Assembly (NCBI GenBank): GCA_003971905.1
Contig: RSEE01000016.1
Span: 248,001-312,000 of the forward strand
Length of the DNA stretch: 64,000 nt
Source: Moniliella sp. 'wahieum'
Lineage: Eukaryota
Direction of reading: 5' to 3'
Positions 23,678 through 34,977 of this stretch are shown here, one piece after another. Within the stretch, counting starts at the first letter, position 1, and the number at the start of each line of letters is the position of its first letter. The position numbers and the translations under genes are program-made. The notes beneath the pieces are model-generated. The model saw nothing but the letters and a program-made list of their open reading frames with translations. It ran no database searches and had not been told where the DNA came from.

Positions 23678-24910
23678 CTAGGTTCTACACCGCAGGATGA
23701 TGGGTAAAGACAGACCCTTGTGGGAAGAGTCGTTGTGGGATGGCGGGTGGGTGGAATGCAGGCTGGCGGAGGCCGAGAGGGTCATGTGGGCCGAGAGTTC
23801 ATCGACTGAGCTGCGCTTTGGCTCTCCAAGTTGGCCAGGTAGGCCGAAGCCAGGCGAGAGTGGGCCTCCTTCTCTTGTGAGGTGCTGATGCGCACCTCGC
23901 TTGCACAGGGGGGAGGGTAGACTGCTGGGGGGTTGCGCTGGGAATTCTCCGTTGGGCCGAGGCAGAGAAGAGCATGGGCTTGGTTGCCGGTCGTTGTTTG
24001 GACCATGCGCCCCATAGATTGCTTGTACGGGCTGCTTTGGGCGGACCTCATCGGCTGATGAAGTCTGTGAAGCCGTCAACAGCGATCCACTTCGGCGCGT
24101 GTTGAGCGTTGACAAGAGTGAGTTGGTATAGAGCTTGGGCATGATCACACAGAAGAGTACGTGCAACAGGTTCGCAGGCTATCATAACATGGTCAGTTTG
24201 CCCCATCGCTCTGATCAGTCAAAGCCTAGAACGGCATGGGGGGGGGGGACGTACCTCAATGGCTACGATGATAAGGTGGAGAAGATCGATTCATGGTCAA
24301 GACCGAGGTTTGGAGAATGAGGTTCTTCATCTTCACCATCTGCGAGTCATTGTTGTTTAGAGTATTGATATCTTTGCGTAGCGTCACGACCAACGTAGAA
24401 GTGGTGATCATATCGCACAGAACACCCCGCGCAGCACCAAACAGAGAGTGACGGATGGAATCTCGTTCCACTTGGCCACATCTGCAGGATGGAAAGACCG
24501 ATCATCGTGCCAATGCTGCCCAGCAGCCCGCACAGCGACAACGCCACAATGATGGCAGTCAACCACCATTGACGGCGTAGACGATGCACTCTCCACGCCA
24601 AAAAGCATTGCACCAGCAGCAGGCCGCTGCGGCACCTGCCTGTACGGCACAGATGAAGCTGCGCGTGACTTTTCGAGGTGCGACGGCTCACCGAAGTACC
24701 GCACAAGCCAGGTGAAGATGGCCACACAATCCGCCACACTGTTGACCACATCCAAACACACAAGAGCCACCACCACAAAGTTTGAGGACCCAAGGGTCCT
24801 TGCGGTGCGCGTGTAGTACAACCAGCTTTGCACCAGGGTCACGCCAAGAGGGCAAGGTTGATGTAGACCCCAATGAGGACGTAACCCACACCTTTCGCAG
24901 GAGAGCCCAT
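23678..24910 (-). CDS. Basidiomycete multi-pass membrane protein, DUF6534-like
   Basis: Starts MGSPAKGVGYVLIGVYINLALLGVTLVQSWLYY; successive hydrophobic helices; last helix IMPKLYTNSLLSTLNTRR matches the family KLYxNSLLxxLNxR motif; intron near 24175-24255. Confidence 0.75.
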
Positions 24911-25326
24911 ATTCCAAAAGTGAGGGAAGTGCCAGGTAGTGGTGTTCGGAGGTAGGAGTTCCCTTGCTGTGGTGGTAAGAAAGAGAAGAGATAAATAAAC
25001 TGCTGCACCAACTCACCCCTAAGCTGCAGTGTTTTGTAGTGGCGCTTGGTTGAGGCTGGAGTTGGAAGCTTGCTATCTAAGAGCAGTAGTAGTAGCTATT
25101 TACAAGCAGGTACAAAATCTAAAAGCCTCAGGCCTCTGGGCATCTGGGCTGCCTCTCGATCTCACTGGGCCTGGTGAACCGGTGACCGGTGAGATCACAC
25201 AGCCTCACCGCCTCAGTCTCGCTACCAGCCTGCTGCAGCAGCACACCTTTTGTGTGTGATACGTTTACCGTTCCAACATCATAGGTTCGCTTCTTCAGGG
25301 GTGGTCGAAGGATGGTCGGACAGGTC

Positions 25327-25785
25327 GCAGCGCCCCCGCGAGCTTCTGAAGGCGAGGCGCTGGCGTGTGGCGCCAAAGAGCATCGCCGCTTTCTTTGGTC
25401 TTTCGGCTCTTCTTGGCGTAGGTTTGGGGTCCGCCTCTGGACCCCACGCCATGGCGCCATGGTGCCATCGACCATCGATCGATCGTCGACACGCGTATCA
25501 GATCTCATGGGAGTCACGCGTCACATGTCACGCGTCACATTTCATGTCGCATTCAATATGGCGGCAAGCTGCACTAGAAATCTTGAGTGGCCAGTGGCTG
25601 GTTCACATGGCACAGTCATCGCAGTCACAGCTGAGAAGTGACTAGTGACTAGTGACTAGTGGCTAGTGACCGGTGAGCAGATGTGAAAGATGCGCCCAAG
25701 AAGAGCCGCAAGACCGCAGAAAGCAGCGATGCTCTTTGGCGCCACACGCCGCGCCTCGTCTTCAGAAGCTCGGCGGGGGCGTTGC
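25327..25785. mobile_element. About 95-bp imperfect inverted repeat pair with about 270-bp spacer (MITE/foldback-like)
   Basis: 25327-25420 (gcagcgcccccgcgagcttctgaaggcgaggcgc..ggcgtgtggcgccaaagagcatcgc..) is the reverse complement of 25691-25785 with a few mismatches and indels. No target-site duplication identified. Confidence 0.6.
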
Positions 25786-26418
25786 TACTGAGCAACTGAG
25801 CACTCAGACTGTTCTTGCTCCACCGCCCCACCAGGCCCCTACCTTCCCCATCCCAGTACGCTGAATTCAAGCTTGAGCTTGAGGGGGCTGAGTGAGGTCA
25901 CCGGTCGCAGCACCCTACCCGTCACCGCGTCACGCGTCACCCCGGTTACCTACACCGCCTTTCCTCTTTTCTAGATGTGGAAGCTACATTTTATCAAGTT
26001 GAGGCCTGAGCGCCTGAGGCGTGCAGGCCAGCCACGTGCACATCCCCATTCCCTTTCTCTTTCGTTCATCACGTTTATCGCGAACTTCGTACTTGTTTAC
26101 CACTGCCGATCGATCTGCGCCAGTAGAGATATAGGCCAGAACCTTCTACTACGCGCCGCTCCGCCATAGTGAGATTTAGGAGATGTGACGACCTCCATTG
26201 GATAACAACTAGTGAAGGAATACGGCCAGCAGAGATCTGAGTTCTGCGAGGATGTAGTGAGGTGAACAGAAACAGATGCTGCGGTCATATAGCGCGTAAG
26301 TAAATGTGGAAAACAAGCAACGAAGGAAGAACCAGATACTATTGAAGCGCTGGCCAAAAGAAAAACGACAAAAACGTGATGAAGCTGCGAGGGAGTGTGC
26401 CAGTATTCCTCCATACTT

Positions 26419-28729
26419 TTACCAGCCCACCTGTTCCATAGGGTCAACAAGAGGAGACACGCCCTCGAGGGATAACGGAACACAGTCCCATAAGGATGGG
26501 GAAGGAGGAGGCTGTTCGGTATCCGCGCCCCCATCCATCAGGGACCAGACGAACGAGCCTAGTGAGTCGTGGAGTCGGGATCCCACAGATCCGTCGATTC
26601 GAGCCCCGCCGATGCCCCTGGTGAAGCTTCCGTCGAAGTGCCCGTCGGAGCACCCGTCGAAGGTCCTGTCGGAACAACGGTAGGGGCGGAGGGGGAGGAA
26701 GACTCGGCGGGGATGCCCATCGATGATGCCCAGGGCACGGGGAGCCAAGCGGTAGTCAGCTGCCCGTCAGGAAGCAGATGAGCGAGCTGCCCAGCGTCCA
26801 GTCCGATGACCGATGCCAGTGGCTCAAGCACCCCTTTAAGTCGGCGGAGGTCAATAAGGGATTGCGCTTCTTGGGCTGGAATTGGGGATGCTCGGGAGGT
26901 GGACACAATGCGTGTCGCCACATAGTGCTGCAGTAACAGTGCACAGGGTAACACCTTATGTGCCATCATGAACTGCCATTGCCCCTTACTGGGGCTGCTT
27001 TCTTCCGTTGGTTCTGGTGGTGGCGTCCATGCAGTGTTGTCCATGCAATCAAGGAACGCCTCCACGGAATACCGTGCTGCTGGAACACATCGCTCCTCTG
27101 CCTCGTGTTGCCGAGGATCATCCATCCACCATGTGAGGACGAACCGGCCATAGATGGAGAGCATCAGTATGTTCAGTGCTAGCTCCATCCTTTCTTCCAT
27201 GGAAATCGACAACAAGGCGTTTTCCCTGCCCTGGTACTGGGCCTTGCGCCGTTTGACCCGGACGTGCTGGTCTTGACTAGCAAGTCGGAGGTCGGCGGGG
27301 ATATGGTCCAGCAGCTCATCCACTTGTGTTTGAATCTTTTTCGTCTCCGCCCAGGATGCATCGAGGGATAGACTGGCATGCTGCATATTGAGCGTCAAGG
27401 CCTGATTCATGATCAAAGTCGCCTCAAATGCAATCTGAGGTGAGGAGAAATAAAGTTAGTATGCGCCTCTTCCCTCAAAATCAGGGTGCCGCACCTTCAG
27501 AATTACATTCCACCCTTTCTCTTCCTTCCAGCTAACGGGCGAATAGATGAAGGAAGGCGTGTTGTGTGTTCCCCGTGCGGAGATCAAAGGACAACGGGGG
27601 GGGCGGAAATGGGAAGCAGTGAAAGAATCGAGCATGGTGACGAAGACCCATAGGCGCACACGATCCAGTACTTGATCCCGTGGGAGCCCTGGGGGAGGCT
27701 CAAGGTGAAGCCCTGCGGAAAAGGCATTGCTTACGGTTAAGAGAGTCAACGCCATGAGTGCCCGATCCGAGCGGAATAGCATCATGCTGGTCAGAAGCAA
27801 AACCTGACCACGAACCGACTCGATCGTGGCCACTTGAAAGGTCTGCGAGGCGTCCAGGGCATGGATCGCCATGTCAAGAAACGCTGGCAGATCATAGCCG
27901 GCAAGCAATGATGAGGGAAGAGCATCAACACCCGTCTCAACCATCACGATGGCGCCATGGCACAGATCAAAGCACAAAAGTCGACGTGGTATTGCACCAT
28001 CTCATGAGACAGATGAGACAGAAGAGGGAGCTGGCGCAACTTGTGGAGAGCCTCAAGACGTATATCGAAGAGGGAACGGTCCAATGATCCAAGACAGGAA
28101 TGGGACATCAGCAAAAAAAATGTGGGCAATGGCAGTAATGGCAAGTGTCGGTGGCAGCATCTGTAGCAGCTGGGCTAGTACGTCGGCCTTGTTTTCAGTA
28201 GGGAAAAGATGGTTGGACAAAGCTTCCGGGGGCAGCCCAGGAGGGGAGAGCACATCGGGGGTGAATGAGTGGGGGTGCAGATGTGAACGGGAATGGGGAT
28301 GGGGTGGGAATGGGAATGGGATGTGGATGTGATCAAGGTCGATTGAGGAGACTGAGCATTGGGTGTGGGTGGGGCGGAGTAGCGGAGGCAGAAGCGGAGG
28401 CGGAAGCGGAGGCAGAAGCGGCGTTGGTGCCGACGCCCAGGTGGCGGGCGAGGGAGAAAGCCAGGTGCTCGATTCGGTCCAGACGACTCTGGACGGCGGG
28501 GGTTAAGGCGGCGGCGGGTGGGCTGGGGCGAGCGATGGGGTGGGTTCCGGGGGCCAGATGCAGCGGTCAGTCTCGTTGCGACTGATGCACCCAGAACAGG
28601 GCTGGTGGCGATCGCATTTGAGCTTGCGCACTCGACAGTTCTCGCAGCTTTGCCGGGTGCTAGGCCGGGGGAAAGTCGGACGCGCTTGCGCTTGGCAGGC
28701 CGCTCGGCCTCACCCAAGGTGCTGCTCAT
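26419..28729 (-). CDS. Zn(II)2Cys6 fungal transcription factor with middle homology region
   Basis: 28555-28650 minus translates SCENCRVRKLKCDRHQPCSGCISRNETDRCIW. Downstream AFSAGLHLEPP...DRVRLWVFVTMLD fits the fungal-specific TF domain. Basic NLS-like PAKRKR near the start. C-terminus uncertain (26559 or 26419). Confidence 0.9.
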
Positions 28730-30459
28730 GGCGCACATGCTGGTGGTTCAGTGTCGTACGCAACTGAGCAGACGCTTCTTCTGCGATGATTTAGAGCCGG
28801 AGCTGGCTCGGGGGACCTCGGCGAACGCGGCGACGCCGAGGATGATTTGTGAGTCGTTGACAGTTAAGCGGCAGCCCAGCGGTTTAACTTCAACAACGTC
28901 TCAGTGTCTGAAAGATGATCGATGGTGCCCCTGGCTGGACAGACTGGCCTAGACCGAAGCAAGGCTCAAGTGCTCAGGTGCTCAATTGCTCAGGGGTGGG
29001 GATGAGGTGGTTGAGGGGTATTCGTGGAGCAGAGAAAGGAGGCCGTGGCCACCAGCGCACCCTTTGCTGAAATACCCCCAACGTGCAACGCCAGCTAAGT
29101 GCAATGGGGTTCTGAACTGTGGACTGCGCCTTAGCTTCAAGCCTTGAGCGTCACGCATCACGCTGCAAGCTTCAAGCTTCACTATCACTAGTCACTAGCT
29201 AGTCACTAGCACTCTCCCTTCCCAAACGCTCTCGCGCCGCCTCACACTCCGCCAGGCGCTTCCCTGCTCCTCCGCGGACTGTAGGACACTATTAGTGCAG
29301 TATGCCCGGGCATTGCCAGACTCTGGCGCTCCCAACTACTTCCACCCGACTGCTAGCTCCGCTAGTTCCGCCGTGCGGAAGTCTGGCAGTCCGACGTGCC
29401 TCCTCTGGTCAAAGCTTCGGCAGTCGTAGCTTAGTCTTCCCTCTCTTCCACTCCCTCCTCCTCCCTCTCTCTACTATCGCTCACCAGCAATCAATCCCTG
29501 TCGTCTATTTGACGTACTGCTCTTATTGAGCAGCTTGATTAATGATTGCCGTTTCACTTGGCACGGGATCCGGTCACGTGCCACGCATGTCACATCAGTT
29601 CTGAACTGGTTGGTGGCTCCGAGAGGAGAACTAGGGACAAGGAGTGGCCACTCAGCGTATAGCAGAGGCGGCAGACGCAGGCGTGTGGCGAGCTGCGTAT
29701 ACACCGGCTTCTTTTTCGGCAGTAGTGACGTCTCTGAATCCTCCGGGTCTTAGATACGGGGGAGGCAGCGAGGACAACCAATGCCAGAGCTGAGCGCTGT
29801 GAGATCTGAGACTCGAAGGAGACGGGTTACGCGTTACGGGGAGGCTGGGAGAGAGAGCCCACGCGCCGAGGCTGTTGGGACTGAACTGTCCGTGGCAAAG
29901 GAGGGCTCGCCCGAATTGACTGTGATGGGGCTGAGACTGAGAGCGCAGGAGGACGGGAGCTAAAAGGCGGGGACGGATGGAGAGAAGGCAACGAAGGGGA
30001 GAAGATGTTGTCTGACCTGGATCAATTGGATGGGAATGAGCAGGTGGTGAACAGGAGGGCGGAAGGGAACGAAAATGGAAGGCGAGTAAAGATCCCCCAA
30101 GAACCATCAGGGGTACAAAGTAGGTCTCTATATGATAAAAGGGGAAACAGACGCAATATGGGCGCGTAGAGAGGAATAATAAGAAACGGTGGCTTGGTTG
30201 CCACAGGCGTAAGAGAGAAAGGTACTAGAGGTAAGCAGGGACGCGACGACAATTGTCGCAAAGATACCAACGGCCTCGTGGCCTCATTGTGATGACCGAC
30301 TTGTTCAACATGAGCACGACAGACACTATAAGTTGTCGCGCGGATGCGTGGCCATTCGGGCCATCGTAAATGGTTTGACCGACAACGGTCAAACTTAGTT
30401 TTAGGCTTGGAAAAGCACGCTCTACTTGGAATGGGTAGAGTATAGGCATGCCTTAGCTC

Positions 30460-30516
30460 CGTTCAGACTTCCATCTCAGGTCCGTCGCCGCCTGTAACAC
30501 AAAGCCTCATCAACGT
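30460..30516 (-). ncRNA. Candidate intronic box C/D snoRNA in a non-coding host transcript
   Basis: Minus strand: TTGATGA (30513-30507), CTGA (30479-30476), CTGA (30466-30463), short CGTT/AACG terminal stem. Lies between a GTGAGT donor (30558-30553) and a GCTAAG branch-like site with TAG (30424-30422). Short for the class; no guide target established. Confidence 0.4.
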
Positions 30517-30750
30517 TGTGCTGAGGAATAGAAAAGTGGATCGCTCCATCACACTCACTGCCAACACACCTTTTTGGCAGCGAGACTTGGGGACGAACAA
30601 GGCCAAGAAGTGATGAGGGTTACACAACTGGAGACACCACACCTCTGGGAGTGAGGGAACAAACATTAATGCTTGCGAAGGCGGATTGCGAGAAGAAAAA
30701 TGGTGAAGAACAGTACACCAGACGGAGGGACGGATCCAAAAAAGTTGTGT

Positions 30751-30762
30751 TTTATTTATATA
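30751..30762 (-). promoter_or_regulatory. TATA box (TATATAAATAAA)
   Basis: Canonical TATA on minus strand in otherwise GC-rich DNA, followed by a pyrimidine-rich leader with no convincing ORF. Confidence 0.45.
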
Positions 30763-31483
30763 CCCTCACTGCGGCAAAATGAGACGAAGGCGCCAGAGAC
30801 TTAGCCACCAGCATTGAGCCACGAGGTCGGGCGCGTAATATCTCTGTGACTATAATAAGGTTCTTACAGTCCTCTTCACAGGCCTTTCAAGCCCTTCAGA
30901 CCCATAGGATCTTTGCTAACGTTTGCACACTTTGCGATGGCGATCGTGATGGTCAAGGTAGTCAAGGCTTCATCGAATCCCACGCGTAAACGGTTAAACG
31001 TATAACGCGTTAAACGTTAATGCGACGTAACGTTAAACGTTGAACCCGGCGTATATGCGACATATGCGACACACTGACCAGGTGAGGCGAGCAAGCGGTT
31101 GCGGCCCATGTCCGGCACACTGCCCCTGCGCTAAACTCCGAAATGCCCTGACAGCACTGGCCGTTTGCCCGTCGTCCCTGGGGGAGTACCCCTGCGCCGT
31201 AAGAGACGGCACACAGGCGCTGTTGCAGAATCTACGTCACATTTCCGAAGGCGCTTGGCTCGCTTCGTGCGTCCCTGCCCCGCACCCGCTCGTGGTGCCA
31301 GCCTCCAAAACTCAACGATGATTTCGATTTCGATGATTGACTGCCCAGTGTGGCCGCAGCAACGCTCTCGGTCGAACCTCGCCCCACCATCTCCCCATCT
31401 GCCCGCACCACCACCGCCACCACCGCCACTGCCATCGCCTCCTTCGACGCCCCTCTTTCCTTCTTTTATCCCATTGAGACAAG

Positions 31484-32224
31484 ATGACCTCCCGCCATAG
31501 TTTTGGCGATGGAAAGCGCACCTCGGGCGTTGGCCCGCGCGTATCGTTCGCAGAACCACCTCCCGGCGCCGACCCGATCATCTGGTGTGTACCGATTTGA
31601 GCACGCGCTCTCCTCCTCCGTCTCCTATGTTCAACAGCTCACCTCTCGCCTCGCTCATCTGTTTTCCTCTAGGAAATACTTTATTGCTGTTGATACCAAC
31701 CGGTCGGTGCGATCGATGCCACCGAGTTGCAACGTGCACTTGTCAATGGCGACTTCACCCATTTTGACTTTGCCACGATCACCATGCTGTTATTCCAGTT
31801 TTCAGGCCAGAGGTCGGGCGAGTTGGTGTATGATGAATTCGCTGCCCTGTATACTTACATTCTCCAGTGGTCTGACTGCTTTCGGAAGCGGATCGGATGG
31901 ATCGGGGACAATTGATGAGCAAAATGGGAGTTGCACTGCGCAACTTTGGTTTCAACCTGGACCCCACCACGCTCCACATCATCATGCTCAAGTACAGAGG
32001 GGTTGACGCGCAACCAGGCATCACGTTTACCGCTTTGTTCGCGCATGTGTGGTGGTCAGAGCTTGACTGAGAGCTTTCAGCGCTCGATCCCCAACGGAAA
32101 GGTTATGCCACGATGTCCTACTTTATGGAAACCCGTGCGTCTACCTTTTCCTGCCTACATTTATGTGCGGGGGCAATGTGCTGATATGTCATTCACTGCA
32201 TACCCAGACTTTAAAGCACCTTGA
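31484..32224 (+). CDS. PEF1: Penta-EF-hand calcium-binding protein (Pef1/ALG-2-like)
   Basis: PPPGADPIIWKYFIAVDTNRSG..ELQRALVNGDFTHFD..YILQWSDCF..DGSGTIDE..NFGFNL..ITFDRFVRACVVV..LTESFQ; introns about 31585-31670 and near 32135-32207. Confidence 0.85.
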
Positions 32225-33312
32225 ACTTGAATCGCCCCCGTTCCTTGAAACTACGTACCAAGCCGAGCAGACTGGGTGCCAAGCACTAGAACCGCACCCA
32301 TCCTCGGATCTGAATATGAGTCCCTGTATACCTGTGTTTGTTTGGTTACGAATCCCTTCTTATGCTCGTTTTCAAGGCGCCCCTACCTCCTCCCTTGGTC
32401 TTACCTTAGGAGTGCTTTTTAACGTACCTTTCGCGCAATCGAGTCGGGCGAATGCCTTAATGAATTTGCCCCTCCTAATATCGGTGCTCTCAACTATTTT
32501 CCGCTCTGTGGCCCCCAGCGGGCCCCCTAGAGATGTCAAGATCAATCTGTTACTAGGGCTGATATGAAACCTGGCATCCCCGATGGCCCTTTTCTCTAAG
32601 TCTTCGGTGCTAGGCGAAGGATAACAGTGCTCATCTCGTCATAGACTGAGTGCAGCTGGGCGAGAATGCCGGGGCGCGCGACTTGCGTAGGAAGCATAGT
32701 TGATCTGGAGGGTCTCGAGATGACCATGTTCAATGAAGGATCTGTGGTTTGTTTTCCAGCATGCAGTCCTGAAAGTTTGGGACCATGATGTATGATACCA
32801 GAGAAGAGAACTGGCTGAGAGTTGAGGCAGCAAGCGAGATGCAGTTGACAAATAGCTCACGAAAAGGTGATGGCGGCCAACGATCAAACCGAATAGCCAG
32901 GAACCCTGTGGCTATGATCAATGGGGGCAAGTTAGCATCGGCTAGACCAAGAAAGGACAGCGACGGACTGGCGGCATACTCGATACGCATGCGGCGCATG
33001 CTCAGGGATACGGACTCCGGTTGCCATGACCATTCGGCATCGACAGTTAGCTGTGGACCCGAAGCTTGGCCCAGCACCCCTTGTGGCGGTTTGCACGGCC
33101 AACCAGAGCCAAGTCGCAAGTTGGTCCCGACAAATGGAGGTCACGTGAGCACGTGATCAGTCAAGCGCCAACAACCATCACACGTCACCGGTCACCCCGC
33201 CCGGACCATTCCGCCTCCCCATTCCGCAACTTCTTAGAGCCCACTTTAGCAACAGTAAAACAAGCAAGCGCCGCATTCGGGGGTTCCCTCAAGTCCACCC
33301 ACGCCACCTCGC

Positions 33313-34525
33313 ATGAGCCGCCCCCGGGTCTGCCCGCGCGCAGCCGCCACGCTGCTCCGGCTGCCCGAAGGCGCTGGAGACTCGCACCAGGTCTCCCCTC
33401 GTCACGATCCTTATCTTCCTCCGCCGCCTCGGCGCACATCAACCCCTCCGCTTCTGCTGCCGCCGACACATGGGATTTGGGCAGCATGGGCATGCCTTAC
33501 GACTTCCGGGGCAATCTGCCCTGTCCGCACGAATCCGGCACCACCTCCCTCGCATCTTCCCTTCATGTTACTGGATCTCCACGACCGCTAATGTCCGAAG
33601 GCGTGCTGGTGCCCGAAGACCGCCAGCCCATCCCCGCTTGCGTCTTGCTCACCAACTGTCCCCATAGCATCCTTCCTATTGAGGTACAGCATCTCGCTGG
33701 TACTCACCTCGCCGAAGAGGTGAAGTCGGTGGAGTTGCTGTACGATGGTACGGCCACATTTCGCGGCAATGTTGTGGTAACACTTTCCTCGCCACAGGCA
33801 GCCCAAAGGTATGCCGCGTGGACCTCACGCTCCTTGATGTCCGGCCGAGCACTCTCCTCCTCCATCCTCACGCTGGCCGAGGGAAAAGACTTGGTCTTTC
33901 CGTTTGACCCAACCGTGCCACGCGTAAAACGGTACAATGGTTTATCAGGCAAATCCCTCTTTGCTTCCTTTCTCATTTCCCGCTTTGGGGGGCGCATCGC
34001 TGTCCTCACTGGTATGCCGCGCGGCATAAACACCAGAAAATGGGCGACCTCTTGTGGCATGGCTCCTGGTCGCTTGAACCATCAAAACGCAATACAGAAT
34101 GGAACCTCCTCTTGACCCGGCAGTATTACCGTATGCGCGCTGCACAAGCCAGGCCCGAGCACTTCTCCCCCAACGCGCTCGAGGCGATCATCCGCTCTTC
34201 CCGTGACTCGGGCGCCCGGTCACGAGGACTGCACCTGAATGAGTATCCTACCAAGGAAGGTCTTATCGATGCAGGTCGATTGGATGCAATTTTTCCCTTT
34301 ACCCGTTCGTCCTCGCCCTTCTCCTTTCCTTTCCTTCGCTCTCCTTCGCCCCCTGACATTCTCTCTTTCTCTTTGTAGAATGACAGACTTGCATGCGTGC
34401 ACGTTCTTGGTTGTGCTGGCGACCGAGGCGGAAGCGCACCGTTTTTATCGTCGCTTCCACGAACAACCCTTTGCTCCGGCGGTAATGGCTGGGAGCATAT
34501 TACCACAGCCCGCATCTTGCAATAA
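33313..34525 (+). CDS. Hypothetical protein with degenerate RRM-like folds, possibly mitochondrial
   Basis: Arg/Ala-rich start MSRPRVCPRAAATLLRL; VLLTNCPHSI..VVVTLSSPQAAQRY and AVLTGMPRGI..FLVVLATEAEAHRFYRRFH show an RRM-like pattern; pyrimidine-rich intron ending at about 34378. Confidence 0.55.
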
Positions 34526-34977
34526 CCCACTCACCTCGCCCCACCCAGCCTGCAGGGGTCGGGGATTTTGCTTACCTTGGCACTGTCGAGGTGCCCCCTC
34601 GCACTCACATCTTTATGCATACCGTACTCCCCACTCGGGTGTACCCCGACTTTTACTGAAATGGTTCGAGCTACAGCACCAAAAGGGAAACGGCGACAAA
34701 CATTCCAAAAGAGGGATGAGAGAAACAAGAGAATATCTAGGCTAGCTCTGGTCAGATGGCAAAGGGGAACGTGCTGGGTAAAAAGGAGGCGATGCTCCCG
34801 GGTTGCCCAGATGCGAAAGAGAGCTAACAAATGGTAGTGGAGAGAGGCGACGACCGAGGCATTCGACGTCGAACAAAAAGCAAAACAAATAGGTGACGGT
34901 GTGGGGTGTACATCCACGAGGGTACCATACTGTGTTGTGTGAAAACGTGGGGCATCAATGTGCGATACCCCCAGTCT

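Noticed and set aside
30370..30532. snR30/U17 (AAACCAT and TATTCCT words) or RNase P (GGAAGTCTGA) assignment
   Set aside because: No ACA box at the expected distance after AAACCAT, and no convincing P4 partner; left as a generic ncRNA candidate.
30614..30622. TAACCCTCA as a telomerase RNA template
   Set aside because: One mismatch from TAACCCTAA; the same word occurs at about 18420; no pseudoknot or three-way junction demonstrated.
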